A stretch of DNA of 64,000 nucleotides from Acidobacteriota bacterium (GTDB lineage Bacteria > Acidobacteriota > CAIWXX01): positions 224,001-288,000 of the forward strand of contig JBFMAF010000036.1 of the NCBI GenBank assembly GCA_040755995.1. Reading direction: 5' to 3'. Below, in pieces: positions 46,137 to 55,064 of this stretch. Positions within the stretch are counted from its first letter, which is position 1, and every line of letters starts with the position of its first letter. The notes beneath the pieces are model-generated. The model was given only the letters and a program-made list of their open reading frames with translations, searched no databases and was not told where the DNA came from. The translations under genes were made by a program, and so were the position numbers.

Positions 46137-49100
46137 TCCACGGGGAGCTGAGGCTCACCCAGGGCGGTCAGCTCATCAGGTCCTGGCTCGAGATTAGGAA
46201 AGCGAGACCGGATCCAAATGGCGAGCTGCGTCTACAGTTCCAGTGGGCATGGGACGGCACCGATGCTCTCGGCCGGCCCGTGGGAGACGGGGCGAAGAAC
46301 TGGACCTTCCGCGCGAAGTTCCGTGGCGCCACTGATACCGAGTCTGGTGTCGTCGGGGTAGACAGACTGCCTCCGACCATATCGATCGAGCAGCCGGAGG
46401 AAGGGCAGATCACCGGGGCGTCGGTGGCTGTGTCTGTGACCTGGAGCGATGCGCTGAGCGGGATCGATGTGAGCACCGCCAGTGCGACGCTTGACGGTTC
46501 GCCGGTCTCGGGGCTCACGATCGATGGGAGCGGCGCGCACGGCACACTCGAAGGTGTCGCCGGCGGTCCGCACACGCTGGGCGCCTCCGTGGCGGACTTC
46601 GCCGGGCACAAGGTCACCGCGACGAGAGATTTCGTGACAGATCGCACGGCGCCGGTACTCACGATCAACCAGCCGGGAGGGCAGATCAGCGGTTCGACAG
46701 TACCAGTCGACATAACCTGGCAGGATTCGCCTGCCGGCATCGACGCCACCACAGGCGTAGTAGAATTGGACGGCTCGCCCACCTCGGGCCTCACCATTGA
46801 CGAGGCAGGCGCGCGCGGAACGCTCGAAGGTGTCACCGGAGGTCCGCACTCGCTGAGCGCGTCGGTACGTGACCAGGTAGGCAACGAGGCATCGGCGTCG
46901 AGCGGCTTCGAAGTGACAACCGGCCAACCTGGTGTTCAGAAGACGAGCATCGTGGGGACGGTCGCCGATTCTACCGGTGCGCAGCTCGCCGGTGTGGAGG
47001 TGTGGAGCCCAGCCGCGAGCCAAGCGGTGACCACGGACGCTGCGGGCCGCTTCCTGATCGAGATGACCTCTGCTGGAACGCACTGGCTCACTTTCGAAAA
47101 GGAGGGCTGGATACCCGTGCAACGCCCGGCGCCCGTGCCCGAGGGCCAGCACTTCAACATCGGCGAAGTGCGAGTGGTTGCCGCTGACCCGCAGATCACG
47201 ACCATCGGCCCAGCAGGTGGCACGGCGACGGACTCAAGCGGTGATGTGGAACTGATCGTGCCGCCCGGCGCACTCCCGGAGGCTGTCGAGATACGCCTGA
47301 CCCACATCCCCACGTCGAAGGAGCTGCCGGGGCCACTGAACGCCTCAGACAACGTTCAGTTTCCGATCAGCTATACATTCTGCGTCTATCTTGAGCCCTA
47401 TGGCACTGCGTTCTCGCAAGCAGTGACCCTTCGGTATCCGAACCGATGGGGCTTCGCTGCCGGCCATCGGATCCCGACGGCCCTCTGGGACCAATCAGCC
47501 AACAAGTGGATACCCGACGGAGGGCACATGATCGTCTCGCAGGACGGTGCGACGATCCAGAGTCAGCTCACCTCGTTCTCGCTGCCAGGTCAACGCAGCA
47601 CATTGGCGCGCACGGCCAGAGGCGTCGAACAACAAGAACCGCCCAAGGGTGTGGCGAGGGACGCCAACGCGGGCAACGGCGGCCCGGGTACCGGAGCGAA
47701 GCCGGGCCAGGCGAAACCGCCTGATCCTTGCCAGTCCAAGGGCTCGATCGTGCGTGTCGCCTCATCGAGCTACTCGAAGAGCGTCTCGCTCCCGGCCACC
47801 ACGTGTCTCGGGTCCAACACCGCGCTGAGCTTCACGTACCGCAGTGAGACCGCCTCGCCGCATGCCCTGGTGAGAACGGCTACCTGGTTTGGTCCCGAAG
47901 CTTCAACCATGCTCAACTGGCGGTACTCTGTATATGTCAATGGTCGGCGCAGTGATGTGATCTTTCAACCGCTGACAGAGAATCAGATCCTGAACTACGT
48001 GTGGGACGGCAGAAACGGACTGGGCGATCTCTCGCCGACGGGGCTTTACACTTACAGGGCCGAAGTCGGTGCGCGGTACGATGGGTACTACACGAACGAA
48101 GAGACGTGGGGCGGGATGCCTACGGGATTGATCTCGGCGAGATCGGGAGAGCCGGTAGAGAAGCGCTTCTTGCTGGAGGACGAGCTGGCGCTGGTCAACG
48201 GAGTCGACAGCCCGTTCGGCTCCGGCTGGCATCTTTCCGGTGTACCACGGCTCTTTCTCCAAAATGACGGCAAGGTCCTCGTGGTTGAAGACGGATCGCC
48301 GGGAACCGTCTACTACCCGTGGATCAACTACGCGCGGATCAGCGAAGGTGCCTCCGTAGCAGGGGTGCGGAACGAGGGCTACCCCGGCCAGGGAGACAAG
48401 CGGAACATGATCGGCTACCACGGAACCGGGGCGAAGTTCGCAGGCGTGCCCGAGGAGATCGACTATCGGGATTCGTTCATGTTCAACTCGAGCAGCGGAC
48501 CTTATGACTGGGTGGTGCTGGACCTCGGAGAGGAGCGGGAGATCGACACGATCGGACTCTCGTTCAAGGTGGCGTTGACACCGAACGCGATTGTAAGCGC
48601 CCCGATCATCCGGATATACACTTCGCTCGACAATCAGAACTGGTCGCTCTGGTCCGAGGCATTCGAGGAGACGCTGGAAAACGCGATGCCCAGGAAGCTG
48701 AGCTCACCGTACCTGGCAACGCACGCCTCTCCGGAGACAGCGCGCTACGTCAAGTACGAGGTGCAGCCGCCATTTGAGAGAGGCGTCAGCGCGCAGACAC
48801 TCATCTACCGGCTGTATGCCTTCGGAGCATCCGACCGCTACGGGACGGGGGAGAACGGCCAGGAAGAGGACTACCCACGGCTGCGCCGGCTGCAGGCGGG
48901 AGGCTGGGAGCAGACCGAGCGCGACGGGACTGCATGGGTCTACGATCAGGCAGGGCTGCTCCAGTCAATCGCCGATTCCCACGGCAACACCACCATCTAC
49001 GGTTGGACCGACGGATTGCTGACACGCATTACCGATCCCGCGGGCGGGTTCACGACACTGGACTATGCGAGCGGGAAGCTGTCGGCCGTCACTGACGCAG

Positions 49101-52099
49101 CCGGACGCACGACCACCTTCGGCATCAATGGCTCGGGCGACCTCACCTCAGTCCAGCTCCCGGACGGATCCGTCACCCACTTCGCGTACGACGGCCGTCA
49201 TCTGATCCAGTCGGTGACAGACCCCAGAGAAAGCGTCACCTCCTATGTGTGGCACCAGGCGTATCCAAGGTTGCTGGAGATTCACAAGCCCGGTGGGTCC
49301 GAGGTTCAGCTCGACCCAGCCTACTTCCACAATCTGATAAACGGCATGAGCGGCACCGAACAGAGCCCGGCACCGCCCGTGCCCGTGGTGCCTTCAGAAA
49401 GTGTGCTCACCGACGAGCTTGGGCGCCAGACCAGCTACAAGTGGCAGATCTACGAGAACGAGACCTCGGGCAACACGGTCTACCTGGAGACAGTGCGCGA
49501 CGCGGCAGGCCGCGAGACGAAGCGATACCTGCATCCGCGGATGGAATCGCAGGAACTCTTGCGAATCGAGCCGGACGGCTCGCGAATGCGCAACACGTAT
49601 GACGCCGATGAGGGACGCTACGCGCTGATGGTCAGAGACCTCAGCGAGCCCACCTGTGGCTCGTGGTGCCCGCAGTACGACTACCAGATCAAGGCGGAGT
49701 ACACGTACGAGCCGGTCTTCAAGCAGGTGGCCACTTCCACCGACATGGGTCAACACACCACCAGCTACGCATACAATTCATACGGCGATCTTGTCTCCAC
49801 CACTGACCCGCTCGGGCACGCAACCACGATGACCTACGACTCGAAGGGGCGGCTTGAGACTGTCACCGATGCCGCGGGGGCGGTGACGCGCTATGAGCAT
49901 GATTCTCGCGGTAACCGGACGAAGACGATCGACCCGCTCGGTCGCGAGACGGCGATGTGGTATGACGCTGCGGGTAACATGACATCGCTGATAGATCCTG
50001 CCGGGAAGATGACTCGCTGGGAATACGATCAGGTCGGTCGAGTCACGAAGGTGATCGATCCTGCGGGAGGCCGGACGAGCTACGTCTACGAGCCGAGTTG
50101 CTGCAGCGGCTGCGGCGGCGGAGGTAGCAGCGGCCTGCTCAAGTCGATCACCGATCCTGCCGGGCACACAACGACCTTCGAGTACGATCCTGCCGGGCGC
50201 ATGACCGCCGTGGTGAATCCCCTCGGGACTCGCAAGGAGTATACGTATGATCTCGCCGGGAGGCTCGTGAAGTTCAAGAACGGGCGCGGTCAGGAGATCT
50301 CGTATCAGTATGACGTCTCCAACAACCTCCTGAAGAAGACCCTTCCCGACGAAGGGGACGTGGACTATGCTTATAATGTGAATAATCAGCTGACTCAGGT
50401 GACTGATGCCGACTCCATTCTGCGCTACGAATACGCGACCCAGACGGGCGGGTGGCTCCTCAAGGGACAGAAGAGCAGGGAGTGGTTTGGAGTCAAAGGC
50501 GACCCGCGGTATGAGAAGCAGAGTTCCGGCTCGATCGTCTACGAGTATCGCGGAGATGAGAGCGGACACCGTTGGGAATTCCTGGGGAATGTCTTCATGC
50601 GCGCGGATCTTCCAGACGGAAGAGTCACCAACTGGGGAATCGACATGAAATGGAATGGGGGCCATCAGTTGGCGAACCTCATGGCCCACAGTGGGAACGC
50701 AGCCGGGAGCGCTTTCACATACGACCCCGCCGGTCGCCGCACACAGATGGCCATTCAGATGTTCGGTGGCGGGACGTGGGCTGAGACGAACTACCAGTAC
50801 GACCTCGCGGGGCAGTTACTGCAACTCTCGCACGGAACGCGCGGAGGCCCGACACTCCGCACCTACTCGTACTCTTACGATCAAGCTGGGAACCGCACGT
50901 CCATGGTCGACAACCAGGGCGCCCACGGATACGGCTACGATGACAAGTACCAGTTGTCGACGGCCACGCATCCGATCGATCCGGCCGAGAGCTTCCAGTA
51001 CGATCCTGTCGGAAATCGCACCTCTTCTCACATTTCTCCGAGCTACACGTACAACGCGGCGAACCAGCTTCTGGAGGATGCGGAATTCACGTATTCGTAC
51101 GATCTCGATGGAAACTGCGTTGGCAAGTTGAACAAGCTCACAGGCGAGCGGCACGAATACATCTTCGACTCCGAGAACCGGATGACCGGTTACAGGAAGT
51201 ACGACATCCAGGGACCTGTCACGACCGCGGACTACTCTTACGACGCCGTTGGCCGCCGCATTGCGAAAAGCGTCAACGGTGTGCTGACGCGCTTCCTCTA
51301 CCACGAGGAGGATGTCTGGATGCAGCTCCGCGCCGACGGCTGGCCCGAGCGCTACTACTTCCATGGGCCCGGAATAGACGAGCCGCTCTGGACATGGCAA
51401 GGGGAGTTCACCGACAGCCATTTCTACATGCCCGACGCGCTCGGTACCATCCGCGACATGCGCAACTACACCTGGACCGGCAACCCCATCGTCGCCAGCT
51501 TCACCTACGACTCCTTCGGCCAGATCACTTCATCCACTCCACCTCCAGGCGCCCCCGACATCTACCGCTATACCGGCCGCGAGTGGGATCCTGAGAGCGG
51601 GTTGTACGCGTTCCGCAGTAGATTCTACGATCCACATACGGGCAGGTTCCTCGCTGAGGACCCGTTCGGATTCATGGCGGATGAGAATTTCTACCGATAT
51701 GTTACCAACAACCCGGTGACGTTCAACGATCCATTTGGACTCGCCGGAACGGTGGCCGCTGGAGCGACCATTGGATCTGCCTGTGGACCATGGGGCACGG
51801 CGATAGGTTCGGCCATCGGTCTCATAGCTGGGATCATTATCGGGGAGGAAATCGCTGAGCACTGCAAGCCCCGCGAGGAATGCCCCAAGAAGAAGGGCGA
51901 CAAGTGGATGTGTGAGGGCCCAGCCAAGTACGAGCTAATTGGACAAAACAAATCGGTGGTATGGGGTGGCTGGATAGTTGCGTATGGAAACAGCGAAACA
52001 GCGGCAAGGTATAACTGGATTAGGGCGGCCCAGGCTGCCGCCCCCAGGGGCACTACAGCAAGACACGTCTATCCAAGGAAATGCACGAAGATCAGGTGA
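46127..52099 (+). CDS. Rhs/YD-repeat polymorphic toxin with teneurin-like architecture: two Ig-like repeats, carboxypeptidase-regulatory-like domain, plug region, discoidin-like insert, YD shell, Rhs core, 118-aa C-terminal domain
   Basis: Many YD repeats; YTGREWDPESGLY...RFYDP...GRFLAEDP...YRYVTNNPVTFNDPFGL core ending at 51742. Confidence 0.93.
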   Translation: MYVVHGELRLTQGGQLIRSWLEIRKARPDPNGELRLQFQWAWDGTDALGRPVGDGAKNWTFRAKFRGATDTESGVVGVDRLPPTISIEQPEEGQITGASVAVSVTWSDALSGIDVSTASATLDGSPVSGLTIDGSGAHGTLEGVAGGPHTLGASVADFAGHKVTATRDFVTDRTAPVLTINQPGGQISGSTVPVDITWQDSPAGIDATTGVVELDGSPTSGLTIDEAGARGTLEGVTGGPHSLSASVRDQVGNEASASSGFEVTTGQPGVQKTSIVGTVADSTGAQLAGVEVWSPAASQAVTTDAAGRFLIEMTSAGTHWLTFEKEGWIPVQRPAPVPEGQHFNIGEVRVVAADPQITTIGPAGGTATDSSGDVELIVPPGALPEAVEIRLTHIPTSKELPGPLNASDNVQFPISYTFCVYLEPYGTAFSQAVTLRYPNRWGFAAGHRIPTALWDQSANKWIPDGGHMIVSQDGATIQSQLTSFSLPGQRSTLARTARGVEQQEPPKGVARDANAGNGGPGTGAKPGQAKPPDPCQSKGSIVRVASSSYSKSVSLPATTCLGSNTALSFTYRSETASPHALVRTATWFGPEASTMLNWRYSVYVNGRRSDVIFQPLTENQILNYVWDGRNGLGDLSPTGLYTYRAEVGARYDGYYTNEETWGGMPTGLISARSGEPVEKRFLLEDELALVNGVDSPFGSGWHLSGVPRLFLQNDGKVLVVEDGSPGTVYYPWINYARISEGASVAGVRNEGYPGQGDKRNMIGYHGTGAKFAGVPEEIDYRDSFMFNSSSGPYDWVVLDLGEEREIDTIGLSFKVALTPNAIVSAPIIRIYTSLDNQNWSLWSEAFEETLENAMPRKLSSPYLATHASPETARYVKYEVQPPFERGVSAQTLIYRLYAFGASDRYGTGENGQEEDYPRLRRLQAGGWEQTERDGTAWVYDQAGLLQSIADSHGNTTIYGWTDGLLTRITDPAGGFTTLDYASGKLSAVTDAAGRTTTFGINGSGDLTSVQLPDGSVTHFAYDGRHLIQSVTDPRESVTSYVWHQAYPRLLEIHKPGGSEVQLDPAYFHNLINGMSGTEQSPAPPVPVVPSESVLTDELGRQTSYKWQIYENETSGNTVYLETVRDAAGRETKRYLHPRMESQELLRIEPDGSRMRNTYDADEGRYALMVRDLSEPTCGSWCPQYDYQIKAEYTYEPVFKQVATSTDMGQHTTSYAYNSYGDLVSTTDPLGHATTMTYDSKGRLETVTDAAGAVTRYEHDSRGNRTKTIDPLGRETAMWYDAAGNMTSLIDPAGKMTRWEYDQVGRVTKVIDPAGGRTSYVYEPSCCSGCGGGGSSGLLKSITDPAGHTTTFEYDPAGRMTAVVNPLGTRKEYTYDLAGRLVKFKNGRGQEISYQYDVSNNLLKKTLPDEGDVDYAYNVNNQLTQVTDADSILRYEYATQTGGWLLKGQKSREWFGVKGDPRYEKQSSGSIVYEYRGDESGHRWEFLGNVFMRADLPDGRVTNWGIDMKWNGGHQLANLMAHSGNAAGSAFTYDPAGRRTQMAIQMFGGGTWAETNYQYDLAGQLLQLSHGTRGGPTLRTYSYSYDQAGNRTSMVDNQGAHGYGYDDKYQLSTATHPIDPAESFQYDPVGNRTSSHISPSYTYNAANQLLEDAEFTYSYDLDGNCVGKLNKLTGERHEYIFDSENRMTGYRKYDIQGPVTTADYSYDAVGRRIAKSVNGVLTRFLYHEEDVWMQLRADGWPERYYFHGPGIDEPLWTWQGEFTDSHFYMPDALGTIRDMRNYTWTGNPIVASFTYDSFGQITSSTPPPGAPDIYRYTGREWDPESGLYAFRSRFYDPHTGRFLAEDPFGFMADENFYRYVTNNPVTFNDPFGLAGTVAAGATIGSACGPWGTAIGSAIGLIAGIIIGEEIAEHCKPREECPKKKGDKWMCEGPAKYELIGQNKSVVWGGWIVAYGNSETAARYNWIRAAQAAAPRGTTARHVYPRKCTKIR

Positions 52100-52114
52100 G
52101 GCTGGGGGTGCAGT

Positions 52115-52537
52115 GTGGATATTAGATATCTAAGCGCCGAACTGGACGTTGAATCAAGGAATGACCTTTCGCCTCTTCTGAATGACCTAGGGGAGGATGT
52201 GATCGTTCTCTATCATGGGCCAATCAACGGGATAGACCACGCCTCAGTTAGGATAGCGCATGCATATTGTGCAGGACCAGATGAAACCATCGAAGGCTAT
52301 TGCCGCTTGATTGAGAACCTGTCACCACAGGCCAGGGCGATTTGGGACTCTTGCTTCTTGCGAGTATTCGATATCGGATTTGAATGTGGATCATCGCCAA
52401 GTCGCTATCGGTTCGAACTGAGATCTTCAACTGTGAATGGTGTCGCAGCAATTGGCGCCAGCATTGCCTTTTCTCTGTATCCCGAAGTAGTCGAAGATAC
52501 GCCGGTGGACGCGAAGGAACAGCCACTCATGGGATAG
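52115..52537 (+). CDS. Candidate cognate immunity protein
   Basis: 140-aa acidic ORF 15 nt after the Rhs stop, visibly more AT-rich than the flanks. Confidence 0.72.
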   Translation: MDIRYLSAELDVESRNDLSPLLNDLGEDVIVLYHGPINGIDHASVRIAHAYCAGPDETIEGYCRLIENLSPQARAIWDSCFLRVFDIGFECGSSPSRYRFELRSSTVNGVAAIGASIAFSLYPEVVEDTPVDAKEQPLMG

Positions 52538-52618
52538 GGTGGTCGACAGAGAGCGCCAGGTCTTCAGTTTTCACTTTTCCGTGCATGAGGGCGGCGGCTC
52601 AGGCGCGGCGGCGCTTCT

Positions 52619-52714
52619 CTACCCGACGATTCTTCTGATCTGGCCCTTGGCGATGAGGGCGTCGATGAGCTTGACGGCGGTGTCCTGGTCGTCCTTAGGG
52701 AGCGATTCCATCGT
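52619..52714 (-). pseudogene. 3' fragment of an XRE-family regulator (copy 1)
   Basis: MESLPKDDQDTAVKLIDALIAKGQIRRIVG, cut off at the 32-bp repeat. Confidence 0.5.
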
Positions 52715-53088
52715 GCGGACCGTGTCGTTACATTTTACATTTCTCGCCGCTGGCGTGCGTCGCGCTAGACTGGGACCTTGACCCATGAGCGGTGCCGCGT
52801 GTTGATCTTCAACTCTTCGCGCCCGCGGGGACGGGCTCAGGCGCGGCGATGCTTGTCGATCTGCGCTTCGACAGAGCGGCGGGTGATGACGCTGTCGATG
52901 AGGAGGATGATGGCCTCGCGATCCTGACGTTCGAGTTTCTCAGCTTCCAGGAATCGCTCATGGAGGCGTAGGTCACTGATAGCGGGGATTGTCTGGGCCT
53001 TCCCTTCATCACGACCCAGAAGCAGAACATCGGCCGAAATGTGCAGACTTCGTCGGGCGGACCGTGTCTTTACATTTTACATTTGTCG
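52715..53088 (+). repeat. Two 32-bp direct repeats (52715-52746 and 53057-53088), REP-like and adjacent to the RAYT gene
   Basis: GCGGACCGTGTC(G/T)TTACATTTTACATTT(C/G)TCG, 30 of 32 positions identical. Confidence 0.88.
52837..53056 (-). pseudogene. 3' fragment of an XRE-family regulator (copy 2)
   Basis: SLHISADVLLLG...ISDLRLHERFLEAEKLERQDREAIILLIDSVITRR; the HTH N-terminus is missing at the repeat. Confidence 0.6.
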
Positions 53089-53120
53089 ACGGGCGTGTCG
53101 GTTCCGGATAGAGTTGGAAC

Positions 53121-53953
53121 GTGAGCCGCTCGACCAGGTTGGAATTCAAGGGGGCGGTTTATCATGTCATGTCGAGAGGCGTGGCGCGGATGCCAGTGTT
53201 TCTCGACGATACGGACCGGACCGGTTTTGTGGATAGGGTGGGGGAATTGGTTGGCAGTGACAATCTGGTAGTTCACGCCTTCTGCCTCATGCCCAACCAC
53301 TACCACTTGCTCTGCGAGACGCCGCACGGGGGGCTGGCGAGGCTGCTGCGACATATCAATGGGGACTACGCTCGTGTTTTCAATCGCCGTCACCGTCGCG
53401 TGGGACACCTGTGGCAGGGCAGGTACAAGGCGATACTGGTGGGCGACGGCCCCTACATGCTGGAGTGCTCCAGGTACATTCATCTCAACCCCAACCGGTC
53501 GCGCATGACACGGCCTGCTGAGCGGTACGGGTGGTCGAGCTACCGCAATTACATAGGCGCCGGTGAGCCTTGTGTTCCGTGGGTTGCGACCGGAAGAATC
53601 ATGGCATCGTTCGAAGGCAACCGCCGCCGCTACCGGCGATGGGTCGAGGCCGGCAAGGGCGAGAAGGCGATCAGCCCGTTCGAAAGGGCAGTGGCTGGCT
53701 TGGTGCTGGGAAGCGAAGCTCTTGTTGCTCGCGTCAGGGATTTGTTGGACGGGCGTGGGATTGTCGTTGACGAGCCGTCGCTGAGGCATCTGAGCTCCGC
53801 GCGCGACCGGCCTCTTCCTGGTGAGATCGAGAAGCTTGCGCAGCAGATGTTCTACGAGGAGACACCGCGGCGGCGCCGAACTCTGCTGTACTACGCGCTC
53901 AGGAAGTACTCTGCTCTGGGAGTCTCCGAAGTGGCTCGCCGTTGCGAGCGCAC
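53121..53953 (+). mobile_element. REP-associated tyrosine transposase (RAYT, Y1 HUH family); 3' end replaced by foreign sequence (the ORF reads on to 54509)
   Basis: YHVMSRG, FCLMPNHYHLL (HUH), FNRRHRRVGHLWQGRYKA, RYIHLNP, YGWSSY. The C-terminal HTH breaks off near ARRCERT. Confidence 0.9.
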
Positions 53954-54392
53954 GCGAGTACGCGAGGAGCCAGGCAGGAAGTACCTGCTAATACTACCCG
54001 CGAAGAAGAGGTGGCCACTCATTCTGCTTCTTGTTCCGTGGCTTGGCATCTGCGGAGTCGGGCTCAGCTTCGGCACCGTTATCTTCGTCAACGGCACAGC
54101 GAGGACAGACCTCTTTCTCATTCTCGGAATTGGTCTCACCTGGATACTATGGGCTCTCGCGGTCACCGGTCTGCTATGGCTCCTATTCGGCGCGGAGGTC
54201 ATCGAACTGAGTGGCTCCGGTCAAACCTATCGGCGTACCACCGGCCCGATAGGACTGGGCCGCGGGCTACGGTTTGACCTAGGTCACGTGGCGAATCTCC
54301 GGATCTCCTACCTACCGCCGGGTCTGTGGGACTCCACTTCCCTCCTGAAACTCATCGGCTTGGCGGGCGGACCGCTGGCCTTCGATTGGGCG
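53954..54392 (+). pseudogene. Fragment of an unrelated two-TM membrane protein fused in frame to the RAYT
   Basis: Abrupt switch to ILPAKKRWPLILLLVPWL...WLLFGAEVI...GGPLAFD. Boundaries approximate. Confidence 0.55.
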
Positions 54393-54393
54393 G

Positions 54394-54921
54394 CGAGACC
54401 GCGCCATACTCGATCTCATGTGCTCGGCCGGCTTGCGGCTCGGGGAAGTGGCCGCGCTCGATGTGCAGGACCTCGATCTCAGTTCCGGCACCCTGCACGT
54501 GCGCCGTAGCAAAAACGGCAGAGGCAGGGACGTGCCGCTTGGCGAAACCGCTGTGACCAGGCTTCTCGATTATCTCCAACACTCGCGCCCGGGCTTCGTG
54601 CAGAGCCCTGGCTGCGCCGCGCTCTTCCTCTCCGGCGACCAGAGCTGCTTCGCCGGAAACCGCCTCACAACCCATGGCATGCGGTACATCATGCACCGGA
54701 TTGCCCGAAAGGCCGGACTCGATCGCCACATCAACCCCCACCAGGTTCGACACGCCTGCGCCACTCACATGCTGCGCGCCGGCTGCGACCTGCGCCACAT
54801 CCAGCAGCTCCTCGGCCACGCCCACATCGACACAACCGAGATCTACACCCAGGTCGACGTGAACGACCTCGCCGATGTCCTCGCCCGCTCCCACCCCCGC
54901 TGCAAACCGCAGCACTCATAG
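54394..54921 (+). pseudogene. Catalytic-domain-only fragment of a XerC/D-like tyrosine recombinase
   Basis: RDRAILDLMCSAGLR, SKNG, PHQVRHACATHML, LLGHAHIDTTEIY. No N-terminal core-binding domain. Confidence 0.85.
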
Positions 54922-55064
54922 CAGCGAAAGAAAAAACAGCAAGGGGATGACTCGATGTGGAATTCTGGGCCGAGGCAAGGTAGAATACGGGGGTCGAGCG
55001 CGGCCACACAGTCCTTGGGTGAGCCACGCCGGAGCAAGACGCGCTGTCTATCGGTAGTCCTAGC

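Noticed and set aside
53035..53050. AAATGTGCAGAC as an inverted partner of the RAYT repeat
   Set aside because: It falls within the XRE fragment coding frame (SLHIS) and the match is short.
52715..53088. 32-bp repeats as a CRISPR array
   Set aside because: Only two copies, about 310 bp apart, and no cas genes.
53121..54509. 462-aa ORF read as a novel transposase-membrane fusion protein
   Set aside because: It is better explained as a chance in-frame join of truncated fragments; its tail is an alternate frame of the integrase fragment.
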